Of a stretch of 64,000 nucleotides of DNA, positions 1 through 9,320 are shown piece by piece. The DNA is taken from the NCBI GenBank assembly GCA_964566505.1, contig CAZMIM010000003.1, positions 16,463-80,462 of the forward strand, in the 5' to 3' direction. The DNA is from an uncultured Candidatus Saccharibacteria bacterium (GTDB taxonomy: Bacteria > Patescibacteriota > Minisyncoccia > Phycocordibacterales > PCTT01). Under the pieces are notes generated by a model. The model saw only the letters and a list, made by a program, of their open reading frames with translations, was not told the DNA's origin and made no database searches. Position 1 is the stretch's first letter; each line of letters opens with the position of its first letter. A program made the translations under genes and the position numbers.

Positions 1-409
1 TTATGATACTTTCAAAAATGAGCCCTTGTTCAAGTGGTGTAAGCAAAAATAGTGCGTTTTCCATTGCTGCAAATCCAAGCGCTGCAGTAATTAGATAAAT
101 AATAGGGTCGATAGGCTCATTATTTGCTCTACTGTGAAGCCCTGCAAAATAAGAGGCAATGTATTTAAATAACTCTTCTGCAAATGCCCAAAGTAGTACA
201 AGCATTGTTATGTTTGCACCAATAAGGCCCTTTATTGCTTTTTCTACAGGCAAAACAGCTAGCGTTGAAAGCATTCCCAAAACAAATGTTGCGATGATGC
301 GCCCTCGGGGCTCAGGTCGTTTTTTGTCTTGGTGAAGCCAAAACCACAACCACAAAAGAGCAGGAAGTACTCCGCCAAGTAGTGCCCAAAATAGTGGATT
401 TGAAAACAT
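1..409 (-). CDS. PrsW-family intramembrane metalloprotease (3'-truncated by window edge)
   Basis: Manual translation from ATG at 409: MFSNPLFWALLGGVLPALLWLWFWLHQDKKRPEP...AFAEELFKY...AALGFAAMEN. Contains the PrsW PEP, EExxK and GFAxxEN motifs. Absent from the ORF track because it runs off the window. Confidence 0.85.
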   Translation of the reverse strand, partial: MFSNPLFWALLGGVLPALLWLWFWLHQDKKRPEPRGRIIATFVLGMLSTLAVLPVEKAIKGLIGANITMLVLLWAFAEELFKYIASYFAGLHSRANNEPIDPIIYLITAALGFAAMENALFLLTPLEQGLIFESII

Positions 410-415
410 AATAGT

Positions 416-447
416 TAGTATATAGTATTTGGTATTTGGTATGTAGG
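416..447. repeat. Heptamer tandem array, 3' arm of the inverted repeat flanking the four-helix-bundle gene
   Basis: TAGTA TATAGTA TTTGGTA TTTGGTA TGTAGG; 27/32 identical to the reverse complement of 823..854. Confidence 0.8.
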
Positions 448-454
448 GATAAAG

Positions 455-820
455 CTATCTATCAATAGCAGACTTTATTAAGCCAGTTAATAATTTTCCA
501 ACAGTTTCTGACTTGTTTGTATAATCTATAAATTGTTAATTTGTTATATATTGCAAATCATTTGCAATAGCAATTTGACTATCTAATTCTAATAGAGATC
601 CTTTTGAAATTGTATAAAAATGTCTTTTATCTTTTGAGGTAGATCTTCCAAAACCTTCCGCAATATTTGAAGTTATTGATATTGCAGCCCTTCTCATTTG
701 GGTATTTAAAGCAAAAAGCTCAGTTTTAGGGAAACTGTCTGTTATTTTGTATATAAACAAAACAAGATTATGTGCTTGTTGCCATGCAGTAAGATCTTTG
801 AATGTTTGTATTTTAGTCAT
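455..820 (-). pseudogene. Four-helix-bundle protein (23S rRNA IVS protein / TIGR02436-like) with in-frame premature TAA at 536..538
   Basis: Family motifs FKDLxAWQ, FPKxExFALxxQMRRAAxSIxSNIAEG and GSLxE. The frame continues past the TAA as QFIDYTNKSETVGKLLTGLIKSAIDR to TAG at 455..457, supplying the typical last helix (KLLxGLIKS). Confidence 0.8.
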
Positions 821-822
821 GG

Positions 823-854
823 CCTATATACAAAATACTACATACTAAATACTA
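823..854. repeat. Heptamer tandem array, 5' arm of the inverted repeat (begins at the valS stop codon)
   Basis: Minus strand reads TAGTA TTTAGTA TGTAGTA TTTTGTA TATAGG. Confidence 0.8.
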
Positions 855-3050
855 CTTTGGCCATTTCTCCACAAGAAGAAGTTTCTTGTTTGCGATAGGA
901 AGATGCTCCCATACCTCTTCCGTAATATATGGCATAAATGGATGAAGCATTTTTGTGATTGTTTCAAGTATATATACAAGTGTCCACACTGCACTCCGAG
1001 TATCACCCGATGTTCCTTCTTGAAGGCGCTCTTTGCTTTCCTCAAGTATTACATCTGCAAATCTATGCCATGCATAGTGGTATAGTTTTTCTCCCGCAAG
1101 ATGTAGACGGTATTCTTCAATATCTCTTGTTACATCCTTAACAAGTTTGTGTAGTTCATCAATATATGTTTGGTCAACAGGTTTTATTTCTGGTTTGTGT
1201 TCATAAATAAATGTTTCAGGAATATTTGAAAGAACAAATCGGGTTATGTTCCAAAGTTTGTTAGAGAAGTGTCGGTACGCCTTTACTTTGGCATCTCCAA
1301 TAGAATTGTCAGCACCCGGCCCAACACCTACAATAAGCGCCATTCTGAGTGCATCTGCCCCATATTTTTCTATGTATTCAAGTGGGTCCACAATGTTTCC
1401 AAGCGATTTGGACATTTTTCGTCCTTTTTCGTCACGCACAAGACCATGTAGATATACTGTTTTAAAAGGGATATCACCAAGTAGGAATCCGCTCATTAAA
1501 ATCATTCGTGCCACCCAGAAAAATATAATGTCGTATCCGGTTTCAAGTAGGTTTGTGGGGTGGTATGTGTTTAGGTCGTCTGTTTGCTCAGGCCATCCAA
1601 GTGTTGAGAATGTCCAAAGACCTGAAGAGAACCATGTATCAAGTGTGTCAGGGTCTTGTGTCCATCCATTCTCATCAGGCGCATCTACACCAACGTGTAT
1701 TTCACTTCCTTTGTACCAAACTGGTATTTGGTGTCCGTACCATATTTGTCGTGAAATATTCCAATCACGAAGATTATCAATCCATTGGAAATATGTTTTT
1801 TCAAAACGATCAGGAATAATCTCGATATGCTTATCGCGCACAACATGCTGCATGATATTTTTGAGTGTTGTTTGTGAGCCACTTTCAATTCCAGGAATGT
1901 TTGAGTGAGGAAGTGTGAATTCTTTATTTACGTTTACAAACCACTGGTTGAGTATTTGCGGTTCGATGATTCCACCACCTCGTGAGTTTGTGGCTATTTT
2001 GTTTGTGTATTCATCATCAATCTTTACTACCAAACCTTTTTCATCAAGTTTTTTAATGATTTCTTCTCGAGCAACCTTTATCTTTTGCCCCTCAAACTCT
2101 TTTGCCACTGGAAGAAGCTTTCCGTAAAGGTCTATGATTTGCTCTTTATCAAGGTCGTATTTCTCTGCCAGCTCAAAGTCAGCAACAGAGTGCCAAGGTG
2201 TAATAGTCATAACACCTGTACCAAAGTCCATATCAATCATTTCATCTTTTATGATTGTTGTAGTGATTGGTCCATTTATCCATTCAATTTCGAGCTCTTG
2301 TCCGTGCTCGTACTTTTTATATCGAGGATCTTCTGGGTGCATTACCACATATTTATCACCAAACTTTGTTTCAGGTCGTGCAGTACCAATTACAAATGGG
2401 CCGTATTGTAGATAATAAAATGGAGTTGTTTGCTCCATATACTCTATCTCATCGTCAGACACGGTTGTTTGCATCTTTGGGTCCCAGTTTACGATTCGCT
2501 CTCCTCGATAAATAAGGCCTGCTTCATACATGCGAGTAAATGCTGTGCGTACTGCAAACTCTCGTTCTCCATCGAGGGTGTATGCCTCTCGAGACCAGTC
2601 GACAGATGCTCCCATTTGAGCGACTTGAGACACTATTGTGTCATGGCTTTCTTGTGCAAACTTTTCAACTCGCTTGAGGAATTCATCACGCCCAAGGTCG
2701 TGCCTGTTTTTCTTTTCTTTTTTATACAACTCTTTTTCTACCTTTGACTGTGTTGCAATGGCTGCGTGGTCTGTACCAGGTATCCAAAGTGTTTTCTTTC
2801 CGTTCATTCTCTGGTATCGCACTACGATATCTTCAATCGCAAGCATGCTAGCGTGGCCAGTGTGTAGTGTACCCGTAACATTTGGTGGTGGAAGTACGAT
2901 AGAAAAAGCTTCTGCGTCAGCTTTTGTGACACCTTTTTCTACGCATATATCTGGGTTAAAAAACCCACTGTTTTTCCAGAGGGAATATATTCGTCCTTCT
3001 GTTTCATTAAAATCGTAGGGAGATAGGAATTTTTCTGGTATTTCTCTCAT
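852..3050 (-). CDS. valS: Valine--tRNA ligase (short form lacking C-terminal coiled coil)
   Basis: PPPNVTGTLHTGH (HIGH), DWNISRQIWYGH, DPDTLDTWFSS, KMSKS. Confidence 0.97.
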   Translation of the reverse strand: MREIPEKFLSPYDFNETEGRIYSLWKNSGFFNPDICVEKGVTKADAEAFSIVLPPPNVTGTLHTGHASMLAIEDIVVRYQRMNGKKTLWIPGTDHAAIATQSKVEKELYKKEKKNRHDLGRDEFLKRVEKFAQESHDTIVSQVAQMGASVDWSREAYTLDGEREFAVRTAFTRMYEAGLIYRGERIVNWDPKMQTTVSDDEIEYMEQTTPFYYLQYGPFVIGTARPETKFGDKYVVMHPEDPRYKKYEHGQELEIEWINGPITTTIIKDEMIDMDFGTGVMTITPWHSVADFELAEKYDLDKEQIIDLYGKLLPVAKEFEGQKIKVAREEIIKKLDEKGLVVKIDDEYTNKIATNSRGGGIIEPQILNQWFVNVNKEFTLPHSNIPGIESGSQTTLKNIMQHVVRDKHIEIIPDRFEKTYFQWIDNLRDWNISRQIWYGHQIPVWYKGSEIHVGVDAPDENGWTQDPDTLDTWFSSGLWTFSTLGWPEQTDDLNTYHPTNLLETGYDIIFFWVARMILMSGFLLGDIPFKTVYLHGLVRDEKGRKMSKSLGNIVDPLEYIEKYGADALRMALIVGVGPGADNSIGDAKVKAYRHFSNKLWNITRFVLSNIPETFIYEHKPEIKPVDQTYIDELHKLVKDVTRDIEEYRLHLAGEKLYHYAWHRFADVILEESKERLQEGTSGDTRSAVWTLVYILETITKMLHPFMPYITEEVWEHLPIANKKLLLVEKWPK

Positions 3051-3083
3051 ATGTAAAGAAATAATACCATTTTTAGCGCTATT

Positions 3084-4244
3084 TTAAAGGCGTGTATTAC
3101 CATTTGCCTTTAGAGCATCTGGATTTTCCAAAGAGTTTTCAATATGTGATAGTCCTGCTATTCCTATCATGATTGCATTGTCTCCTTGGATGTCTTTTTC
3201 TGGAGATAGAAATGTAACTCCACTTTCTTTGCAAAGATTTTCTAGTGTTTTTTGTATATGTTTGTTTGCACTTACTCCACCACCGAGAATTAGTGTTGAA
3301 GGATTGTATTGTGTGATTGCATGCTTTACCTTTTTCTCTAGTACATCACTTACAGCATTTTCAAACTCAAGTGATATTTCTCCCACCAAATCTTCATTTA
3401 TAGAATCGTGCTTTTTGAGCTCATATAGTACTGCTGTCTTGAGTCCTGAAAATGAGAAGTCCAAATTATCATAATGAAGCATCGGGCGGGGTAGTAAGAT
3501 ATTTGGTGTAACATTATTTTCTCGAGCATTTTGGGCATGTTTTGAAATTTCTGGCCCACCAGGGTATGAGAGCCCTAGCATGCGAGCAACTTTATCAAAA
3601 CTTTCTCCCACGGCATCATCGCGCGTCTCTCCAATGATTTCGTATTCACCCCAGTTTTTTACTAGTACAAGCTGGGTGTGTCCACCAGATATAAGAAGAG
3701 AGAGGAGGGGGAATTCTACTTCTGGAATCTCAAACTGATTCTCTTTTTTAAATACAGAAAAGATATGCCCTTCCATATGATTTACAGGGATGATAGGAAT
3801 ATCCCACAGAGCAGATATTGCTTGAGCAGTAGTTACGCCCACCCATAGCGCTGGCTCAAGACCAGGCCCATATGTGATGGCAATGTGGTCTATGTCAGGC
3901 TTTTTTATTTGAGATGAAAGTGTGATGAGAGCTTCAGCAAGCTCTGGTTCTCTAGATAAAAATTCTCTTACTTTTTCTTTTTTCTCCTCAGATACATTTT
4001 CAACTTCTGCAGAACTTGAGGACATGTCTGCATCGGTTAGAGCTTTTGCAAGGAGAGGAATAATGTTTTTTGCATGCTCTCGCTTTGCGATAGTAGGGTA
4101 GACACCTCCATACTCTTTGTGGAGTTCTATTTGAGAATTAAGTGCATGCGAAAGCACCTCACCCTCTATTTTAGGGCTTGTTTCTCCTTTAAGTATTGCT
4201 ATAGATGTCTCATCACAGCTTGTTTCTATTGCAAGTATGTTCAT
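3084..4244 (-). CDS. tsaD: tRNA N6-adenosine threonylcarbamoyltransferase TsaD
   Basis: MNILAIETSCDET, HMEGH, SGGHT, DDAVGESFDK, FSFSGLKTA, DNAIMIG. Start moved to ATG 4244 because the ORF-track start lies inside the tRNA. Confidence 0.95.
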   Translation of the reverse strand: MNILAIETSCDETSIAILKGETSPKIEGEVLSHALNSQIELHKEYGGVYPTIAKREHAKNIIPLLAKALTDADMSSSSAEVENVSEEKKEKVREFLSREPELAEALITLSSQIKKPDIDHIAITYGPGLEPALWVGVTTAQAISALWDIPIIPVNHMEGHIFSVFKKENQFEIPEVEFPLLSLLISGGHTQLVLVKNWGEYEIIGETRDDAVGESFDKVARMLGLSYPGGPEISKHAQNARENNVTPNILLPRPMLHYDNLDFSFSGLKTAVLYELKKHDSINEDLVGEISLEFENAVSDVLEKKVKHAITQYNPSTLILGGGVSANKHIQKTLENLCKESGVTFLSPEKDIQGDNAIMIGIAGLSHIENSLENPDALKANGNTRL

Positions 4245-4319
4245 TGGCGACCCCACGGGGAATCGAACCCCGATTTCCACCGTGAAAGGGTGATGTCCTA
4301 GCCGTTAGACGATGGGGCC
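4245..4319 (-). tRNA. tRNA-Glu (TTC)
   Basis: GGCCCCATCGTCTAACGGCTAGGACATCACCCTTTCACGGTGGAAATCGGGGTTCGATTCCCCGTGGGGTCGCCA: cloverleaf, TTC anticodon, GTTCGA T-loop, encoded CCA. Confidence 0.96.
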
Positions 4320-4425
4320 AAAATCGGTAACTAAGAATATACCATGTTATTGAAAAATATGAAGTAATAGTTATTTCTATCCACATAAGAACCTATATAT
4401 TTCGTGGTACTCTTTTAATAATGAA

Positions 4426-4566
4426 CCCCGTAGTATAAATTAGTTCGTTAAAGTAGTGCTAACTACTTTAACAGAGATTAATTAGACCTACTGGGGTAAT
4501 AAGAGATAAATTTGGTTTTATTGAAATCACTTTGTCTAATTAATCAAACTAATTTTTTACTACGGG
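4426..4566. mobile_element. MITE-like palindromic element with terminal inverted repeats and ATGAA direct repeats
   Basis: Ends are CCCGTAGTATAAATTAGTT and AACTAATTTTTTACTACGGG. Internal stems: GTTAAAGTAGT/ACTACTTTAAC and GATTAATTAGAC/GTCTAATTAATC. ATGAA at 4421..4425 and 4567..4571. Confidence 0.65.
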
Positions 4567-5742
4567 ATGAAACTCAAGCTCCTCGACTACGACAAGGTTA
4601 GTTTTAATGCAAACATAATACACCTCTACCTAAACCGGCTGTTGATGCAGATTGGTATTGGTATTTTTGGTATTTTTGGAACTATTTTCTTTTATGAGAA
4701 GTTTGGAAACTCAATATTGAAAGTGCTCGTTCTGTATGCGCTACACTATTTCCTTTTTGTGATTGTGACTCATGTTGGTGCAAAGCTTATAGGTCGTATA
4801 GGAATGAAGAAAATGATGATTATTGCTGTTCTTTTCTTCACTCTTTCTGTGGTATCTAGGTTTATGTGGGAAGGAAATCCTGCATTGTGGCTCGTAGTAT
4901 TTTTCTTTGCATTTGCTGTATATAAGATGCTGTATTGGATACCGTATCATGTTGAATTTGCATCCTTTACAGATAAGAAAATGCGCGGAAAACAAATGGC
5001 AGTATTTTCAAATGTATCGCAAGGAGTTCTAGCGCTCACTCCACTTATTGGTGGATTTATTCTATCTATTAGCGGGTATGAAATGCTTTTTCTTATTGCT
5101 TCTGTGATTATATTTATTTCTGTTATACCGCTTTTTTATATAAAAGAAACAAAAGAGAAATATGTTTGGAGTGCACCAAAGCTAGTGGAGAAAATGCTCA
5201 GCAGAAAATATCGTGGAGTTGTGGTTTCAGAGATAGGGAATGGAGTACAAAACGCGGTTGGTTCTGTGGTGTGGCCTATATTTATATTCTTGGTTCTTGA
5301 TGGAGACTATCTATCAGTCGGTGCTATTTCTTCTATCACAATTGTTGCGATTATTGCACTTGGGTTTGTGGTAGGAACATTAATTGATAAGTGGGGAAGA
5401 GCACGAGTACTTAAAATTGGCTCAGCTCTATATACCACGGGTTGGATATTTAAGGTGTTTGTAGGAACCGGATTTGGTGTATTTCTTTCTGATATATATC
5501 ACAACTTTGGAAAGGTGGTGAATAAGCTTTCGTTTGATACATCTGTTTATGATCATGCTGCAGATGAAGGGCACTTTATAGATGAAATCACTGTGCTAAA
5601 GGAGACATCACTTCTGCTTGGAAAAGGGGCGATGTTTATTGCATCTATATTTATTATTTCGATGCTTGGTATTACAGCAACATTCCTATTTGCAGCTATC
5701 GCTAGCATCTTCATGACCCTCATTACTCGGGAGGCAAAATAA
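4567..5742 (+). CDS. MFS transporter
   Basis: 391 aa, about 12 hydrophobic segments, motif-A-like GTLIDKWGR and KLIGRIGMK. Confidence 0.85.
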   Translation: MKLKLLDYDKVSFNANIIHLYLNRLLMQIGIGIFGIFGTIFFYEKFGNSILKVLVLYALHYFLFVIVTHVGAKLIGRIGMKKMMIIAVLFFTLSVVSRFMWEGNPALWLVVFFFAFAVYKMLYWIPYHVEFASFTDKKMRGKQMAVFSNVSQGVLALTPLIGGFILSISGYEMLFLIASVIIFISVIPLFYIKETKEKYVWSAPKLVEKMLSRKYRGVVVSEIGNGVQNAVGSVVWPIFIFLVLDGDYLSVGAISSITIVAIIALGFVVGTLIDKWGRARVLKIGSALYTTGWIFKVFVGTGFGVFLSDIYHNFGKVVNKLSFDTSVYDHAADEGHFIDEITVLKETSLLLGKGAMFIASIFIISMLGITATFLFAAIASIFMTLITREAK

Positions 5743-5771
5743 AACAGCTCAAGATTGAGCCGTTTTATTTT
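5736..5771. terminator. Bidirectional intrinsic terminator (related to the AACGGCTCA palindrome family)
   Basis: AAAATAAAACAGCTCAAGATTGAGCCGTTTTATTTT between convergent genes. Confidence 0.7.
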
Positions 5772-6691
5772 TACTTTGCTTTGAGGTAGAGATATATATC
5801 CTCGAGTGCTTTTACAGCATCTCCTGCGGCAATATTGTTTTGATGGTATAGTCCGTCTGTTACATCACCAGCTGCCCATATTCCTTCTATAGAAGTGCGT
5901 TGTGTCCGCGGGTCTACAACAATTTGTCCGTATTGTGTGGTTTCTACAATATCTTTTACAAACTCGCTTGTTGGCACAGCACCAATCTCTACAAACACAC
6001 CAGTTACATCAAGTTTGTGTTCTTCTCCAGAAACTTTATCTTTGTATGAAATACCGTCTACCATGTTTTCTCCATGTACTTCTGTAACTTCTGCATTAAG
6101 TATTCCTGTCATGTTCTCATGCGCGAGCACTTTCTCTACTGTTACTGGATCTGCTTTGTATGCATCATTTCGATGAAGGAGAGTTACGCTTTTTGCGTAT
6201 GCAAGTAGTTGTGAAGCGCTTTCAAATCCTGCATTTCCTCCACCGACTACCACTACATCTTGTCCGCTAAATAGTGGGCCATCACATGTAGCGCAATATG
6301 TAAGTCCTTTGTGTTCTAGTCGGTCAGCGCCAGGAACGTTCATCTTTCTTCGGTGGCTTCCTGTTGTTACAAGCACTGCTTGTGCATCATATGAGTCTTT
6401 TCCTGTAGTTACCTTAAATCCGCCATCAATCTTTTCTACTTTCTCTACAAGCTCTCCATCTTTTACCTCGAGTACTTCTCCTTGATATTTCTCTACATGA
6501 TTTCGGAATGATTTTGCCAAATCAGCACCAGAAATAGAAGGGAAGCCAATCCAGTTTTGGATGTCTGGAGACACAACAGACTGCCCGCCAAATTCTCCGG
6601 TAATAAGAAGTGTTTTAAGTTGTTTTCGGGCTGCATATACTGCTGCTGATGAGCCTCCAGGCCCCGCTCCGATGATTATAAGGTCGTACAT
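5771..6691 (-). CDS. trxB: Thioredoxin-disulfide reductase (TrxB/AhpF C-terminal type)
   Basis: GAGPGG FAD motif, YCATCDG, GGGNAG, AAGD. Confidence 0.88.
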   Translation of the reverse strand: MYDLIIIGAGPGGSSAAVYAARKQLKTLLITGEFGGQSVVSPDIQNWIGFPSISGADLAKSFRNHVEKYQGEVLEVKDGELVEKVEKIDGGFKVTTGKDSYDAQAVLVTTGSHRRKMNVPGADRLEHKGLTYCATCDGPLFSGQDVVVVGGGNAGFESASQLLAYAKSVTLLHRNDAYKADPVTVEKVLAHENMTGILNAEVTEVHGENMVDGISYKDKVSGEEHKLDVTGVFVEIGAVPTSEFVKDIVETTQYGQIVVDPRTQRTSIEGIWAAGDVTDGLYHQNNIAAGDAVKALEDIYLYLKAK

Positions 6692-6745
6692 ATACGTTTT
6701 AATTATTATTGAATCCTAGTATAACACGGAAAACTAAACTAAAAG

Positions 6746-6769
6746 AAAACCCCGCGGATGCGGGGTTTT
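6746..6769 (-). terminator. Intrinsic terminator after ftsZ
   Basis: AAAACCCCGC-GGAT-GCGGGGTTTT. Confidence 0.7.
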
Positions 6770-6771
6770 TG

Positions 6772-7983
6772 CTATTTAAGCTTGCTTCGTCTTAGGAACG
6801 CTGGAACCGCGTCCCATTCATCGTCGTCATCCTTTTTATCCTCTTCTTTCTTGTCTTTTCGCTCTACTTTTCCTTTTGTGACTTTCTCTACTGCGTCATA
6901 CATGTCTTTTTTCTTTTTGTCTTCTTTGGTTTCTTCTTCCTCTTTTTTCTCCTCTTTTTCGTCATTTGCGGCAATAGTTGAGCCAAAGAGTGGTTGGCTA
7001 TTTCCTGTGCCGTGGATTACTGCTCCTTCAGGGAATCCTGATGCGATTACAGTAACCTTAACCTCATTCTTCTTGAGCTTCTCATCCTTAATAGCACCAA
7101 AGATAACTTTTGCATTTGGATCGATTGATTCAGTAATAATCTTTGCAGCTTCTTGGATTTCGTGCATCGCAAGATCTTCACCTCCAGCGATGGCAAATAG
7201 TACTCCTTTAGCTCCATCGATTGATACGTCAAGTAATGGTGATGAGATTGCCATTTGCGCAGCCTCTGTTGCTCGGTTGTCTCCATTTGCTTTTCCGATA
7301 CCCATGAGAGCAGAACCTGCATTTTCCATAACAGAACGGATGTCTGCGAAGTCCACGTTAATGATACCTGGAGTAGTGATAAGGTCAGAGATTCCTTCTA
7401 CGGCCTCTCGTAGTACCTCATCTGCCATTGCAAATGCTTCTGTTGCAGTAGTTTCCTTCTTTACAGTTTGAAGTAGTCGGTCGTTTGGAATAACGATAAG
7501 TGCGTCCACTTCTCTTTGGAGTGCCTCGAGTCCCGCTGTTGCGATACGCATTCTTTGTGTTCCTTCAAAGAAGAATGGCTTTGTCACTACACCAACAGTA
7601 AGTGCTCCAAGCTCCCGTGCTGTCTTTGCAACCACAGGGCTTGCTCCAGTACCAGTACCACCTCCCATTCCGGCTGTGATAAATACCATGTCAGCACCTT
7701 TGAGTGCTCCTTGGATTTCTTCTTTTGTTTCTTCTGCTGCTCGTTGTCCGAGCTCTGGGTTCATACCAGTACCAAGCCCTTTGGTAAGGTTTTTACCGAT
7801 ATGAATTTTCTTTTTAGCTTTTGAGTGATGCAGGTCTTGTGCATCTGTATTAACCGCGATGAATTCAACACCTCCAACTTTTGAACGCACCATGTGGTTT
7901 ACGGCATTACCTCCAGAACCACCGTTTCCTACGACTTTGATTCGTGCAAATGTTTCAACTGCGGGTTCGATTTTTTTGGACAT
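6772..7983 (-). CDS. ftsZ: Cell division protein FtsZ
   Basis: GGGTGTG, NTDAQDL, INVDFAD, C-terminal DAVPAFLRR. Confidence 0.98.
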   Translation of the reverse strand: MSKKIEPAVETFARIKVVGNGGSGGNAVNHMVRSKVGGVEFIAVNTDAQDLHHSKAKKKIHIGKNLTKGLGTGMNPELGQRAAEETKEEIQGALKGADMVFITAGMGGGTGTGASPVVAKTARELGALTVGVVTKPFFFEGTQRMRIATAGLEALQREVDALIVIPNDRLLQTVKKETTATEAFAMADEVLREAVEGISDLITTPGIINVDFADIRSVMENAGSALMGIGKANGDNRATEAAQMAISSPLLDVSIDGAKGVLFAIAGGEDLAMHEIQEAAKIITESIDPNAKVIFGAIKDEKLKKNEVKVTVIASGFPEGAVIHGTGNSQPLFGSTIAANDEKEEKKEEEETKEDKKKKDMYDAVEKVTKGKVERKDKKEEDKKDDDDEWDAVPAFLRRSKLK

Positions 7984-8111
7984 GAAAACGTCTTTTACTA
8001 CCTAATAATCTGAATATAAGAGGCTATTTCTCCACTTCTTATTTGTATCTAGACGATACCACAAAAGCGCTCTGTTACGCACTTGACAGGTACAGTAAAG
8101 GAGTTCTGTAC

Positions 8112-9272
8112 TTACGGCAGAAGCCGTTTTAGGAGTGACATTACCCCTTCTTTTGCATTGCCAGGGATAAATGAAGGGCCATCGTCTTGGGTGCTTACAC
8201 CAATTAGCGCAAGTCCGTAGGCTACTGCCCATGTTGCGTCTTGTACATAGTTTCCATTATGGATATGTACACGACCTACTTCTGAAGGAAGGTTGAGTGT
8301 TGCTTTGGCCAAATCAGCAATTGTTGTTACTCCTGAGCCTCCTCCGGTCATAATGATTCCTGCAGGGAGCATTGCTTGTTTTTGGATATCTTTTAGGTAC
8401 GAATCGATAAGTTCAAAAATATTTTTCAGTCTCTTTACTACAATCTCATCAAGTTTTTGTCGTGAGAAGTCTGCTCCAGTGATACCACCAAGTTTTATCT
8501 GCTCTGCTTCTTCTAGTGGGACCTTTAGTCCGAGCGCAATGTCATTTGTAATATCTGTTGCACCTGTTTGGAATACCTTAAGTGCAATAGGAATATTATT
8601 TTCAAATACCACAAGTGATACTGTCTCAGAACCAATGTTTGCAAGCACACATCCAGCGATTTTTTGTGCTTTTGAAAGAGTTACGATACTTGCTGCAAGA
8701 GGACTTGCTATCACATCGCGCACCTTGATGCCTATATTTTCTACAGCTTCTACCAAGTCATTGAGGTGTTGCTCAAGACATGTGATAAAAAGCGTCTCAA
8801 CCTCTAGCTTTACGCCTTTCATTCCAGCAGGTCGTCCAAGGATTTCGCGCCCATCAATACTGTATCGAAGTGGTACAGCTGTGAGGATTTTTCTGTTTAC
8901 AATTGCTGGTTTTGGGATAGCGTCTTCTGAAGCTTCTCCAGCTTTTTCTACATCAAGACCTGTGATTTCGTTGTCGCCACGAGATATGATAGCTGAACCT
9001 TTTGCTCGTACAGACTCAAGGCTCACGCCTCCAATAGAAACATGAGCTTCTTTTATTGAAACACCCGATGTTTTCTCTGCTTGCTCAATAGCACGCTTGA
9101 GTGAGCGTGATACATCGGCTGTGTTGATGATGTACCCATAGCGAAGACCGCGCGATTCTGCGTATCCTTTGCCGATAATCTTTGGGTGTGGATACTCTTT
9201 ACTGCGCTCAGCAACAGCAACTTTGATTTGATATGTTCCAATATCTATACCAACTGCGATGTTTTTACCCAT
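8112..9272 (-). CDS. ftsA: Cell division protein FtsA
   Basis: VGIDIGT, NIGSET, ITNDIA, AEQIK, TGGGS; upstream of ftsZ. Confidence 0.94.
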   Translation of the reverse strand: MGKNIAVGIDIGTYQIKVAVAERSKEYPHPKIIGKGYAESRGLRYGYIINTADVSRSLKRAIEQAEKTSGVSIKEAHVSIGGVSLESVRAKGSAIISRGDNEITGLDVEKAGEASEDAIPKPAIVNRKILTAVPLRYSIDGREILGRPAGMKGVKLEVETLFITCLEQHLNDLVEAVENIGIKVRDVIASPLAASIVTLSKAQKIAGCVLANIGSETVSLVVFENNIPIALKVFQTGATDITNDIALGLKVPLEEAEQIKLGGITGADFSRQKLDEIVVKRLKNIFELIDSYLKDIQKQAMLPAGIIMTGGGSGVTTIADLAKATLNLPSEVGRVHIHNGNYVQDATWAVAYGLALIGVSTQDDGPSFIPGNAKEGVMSLLKRLLP

Positions 9273-9320
9273 AATAATTAGAATAAGAGAAAACCATCTA
9301 CACCGCTTGGTGTGTTATGG

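Noticed and set aside
455-820. Four-helix-bundle gene as the Avd of a diversity-generating retroelement
   Set aside because: No reverse transcriptase and no TR/VR pair differing at adenines was seen in the window.
1246-3018. Long antisense ORFs over valS (also over ftsZ, ftsA, rpoBC, lysS)
   Set aside because: Shadow frames of conserved genes with Ser/Phe-rich, non-protein-like composition.
4245-4280. ORF-track N-terminal extension of TsaD (MEIGVRFPVGSP)
   Set aside because: It is the translated 3' half of tRNA-Glu; the canonical start is ATG 4244.
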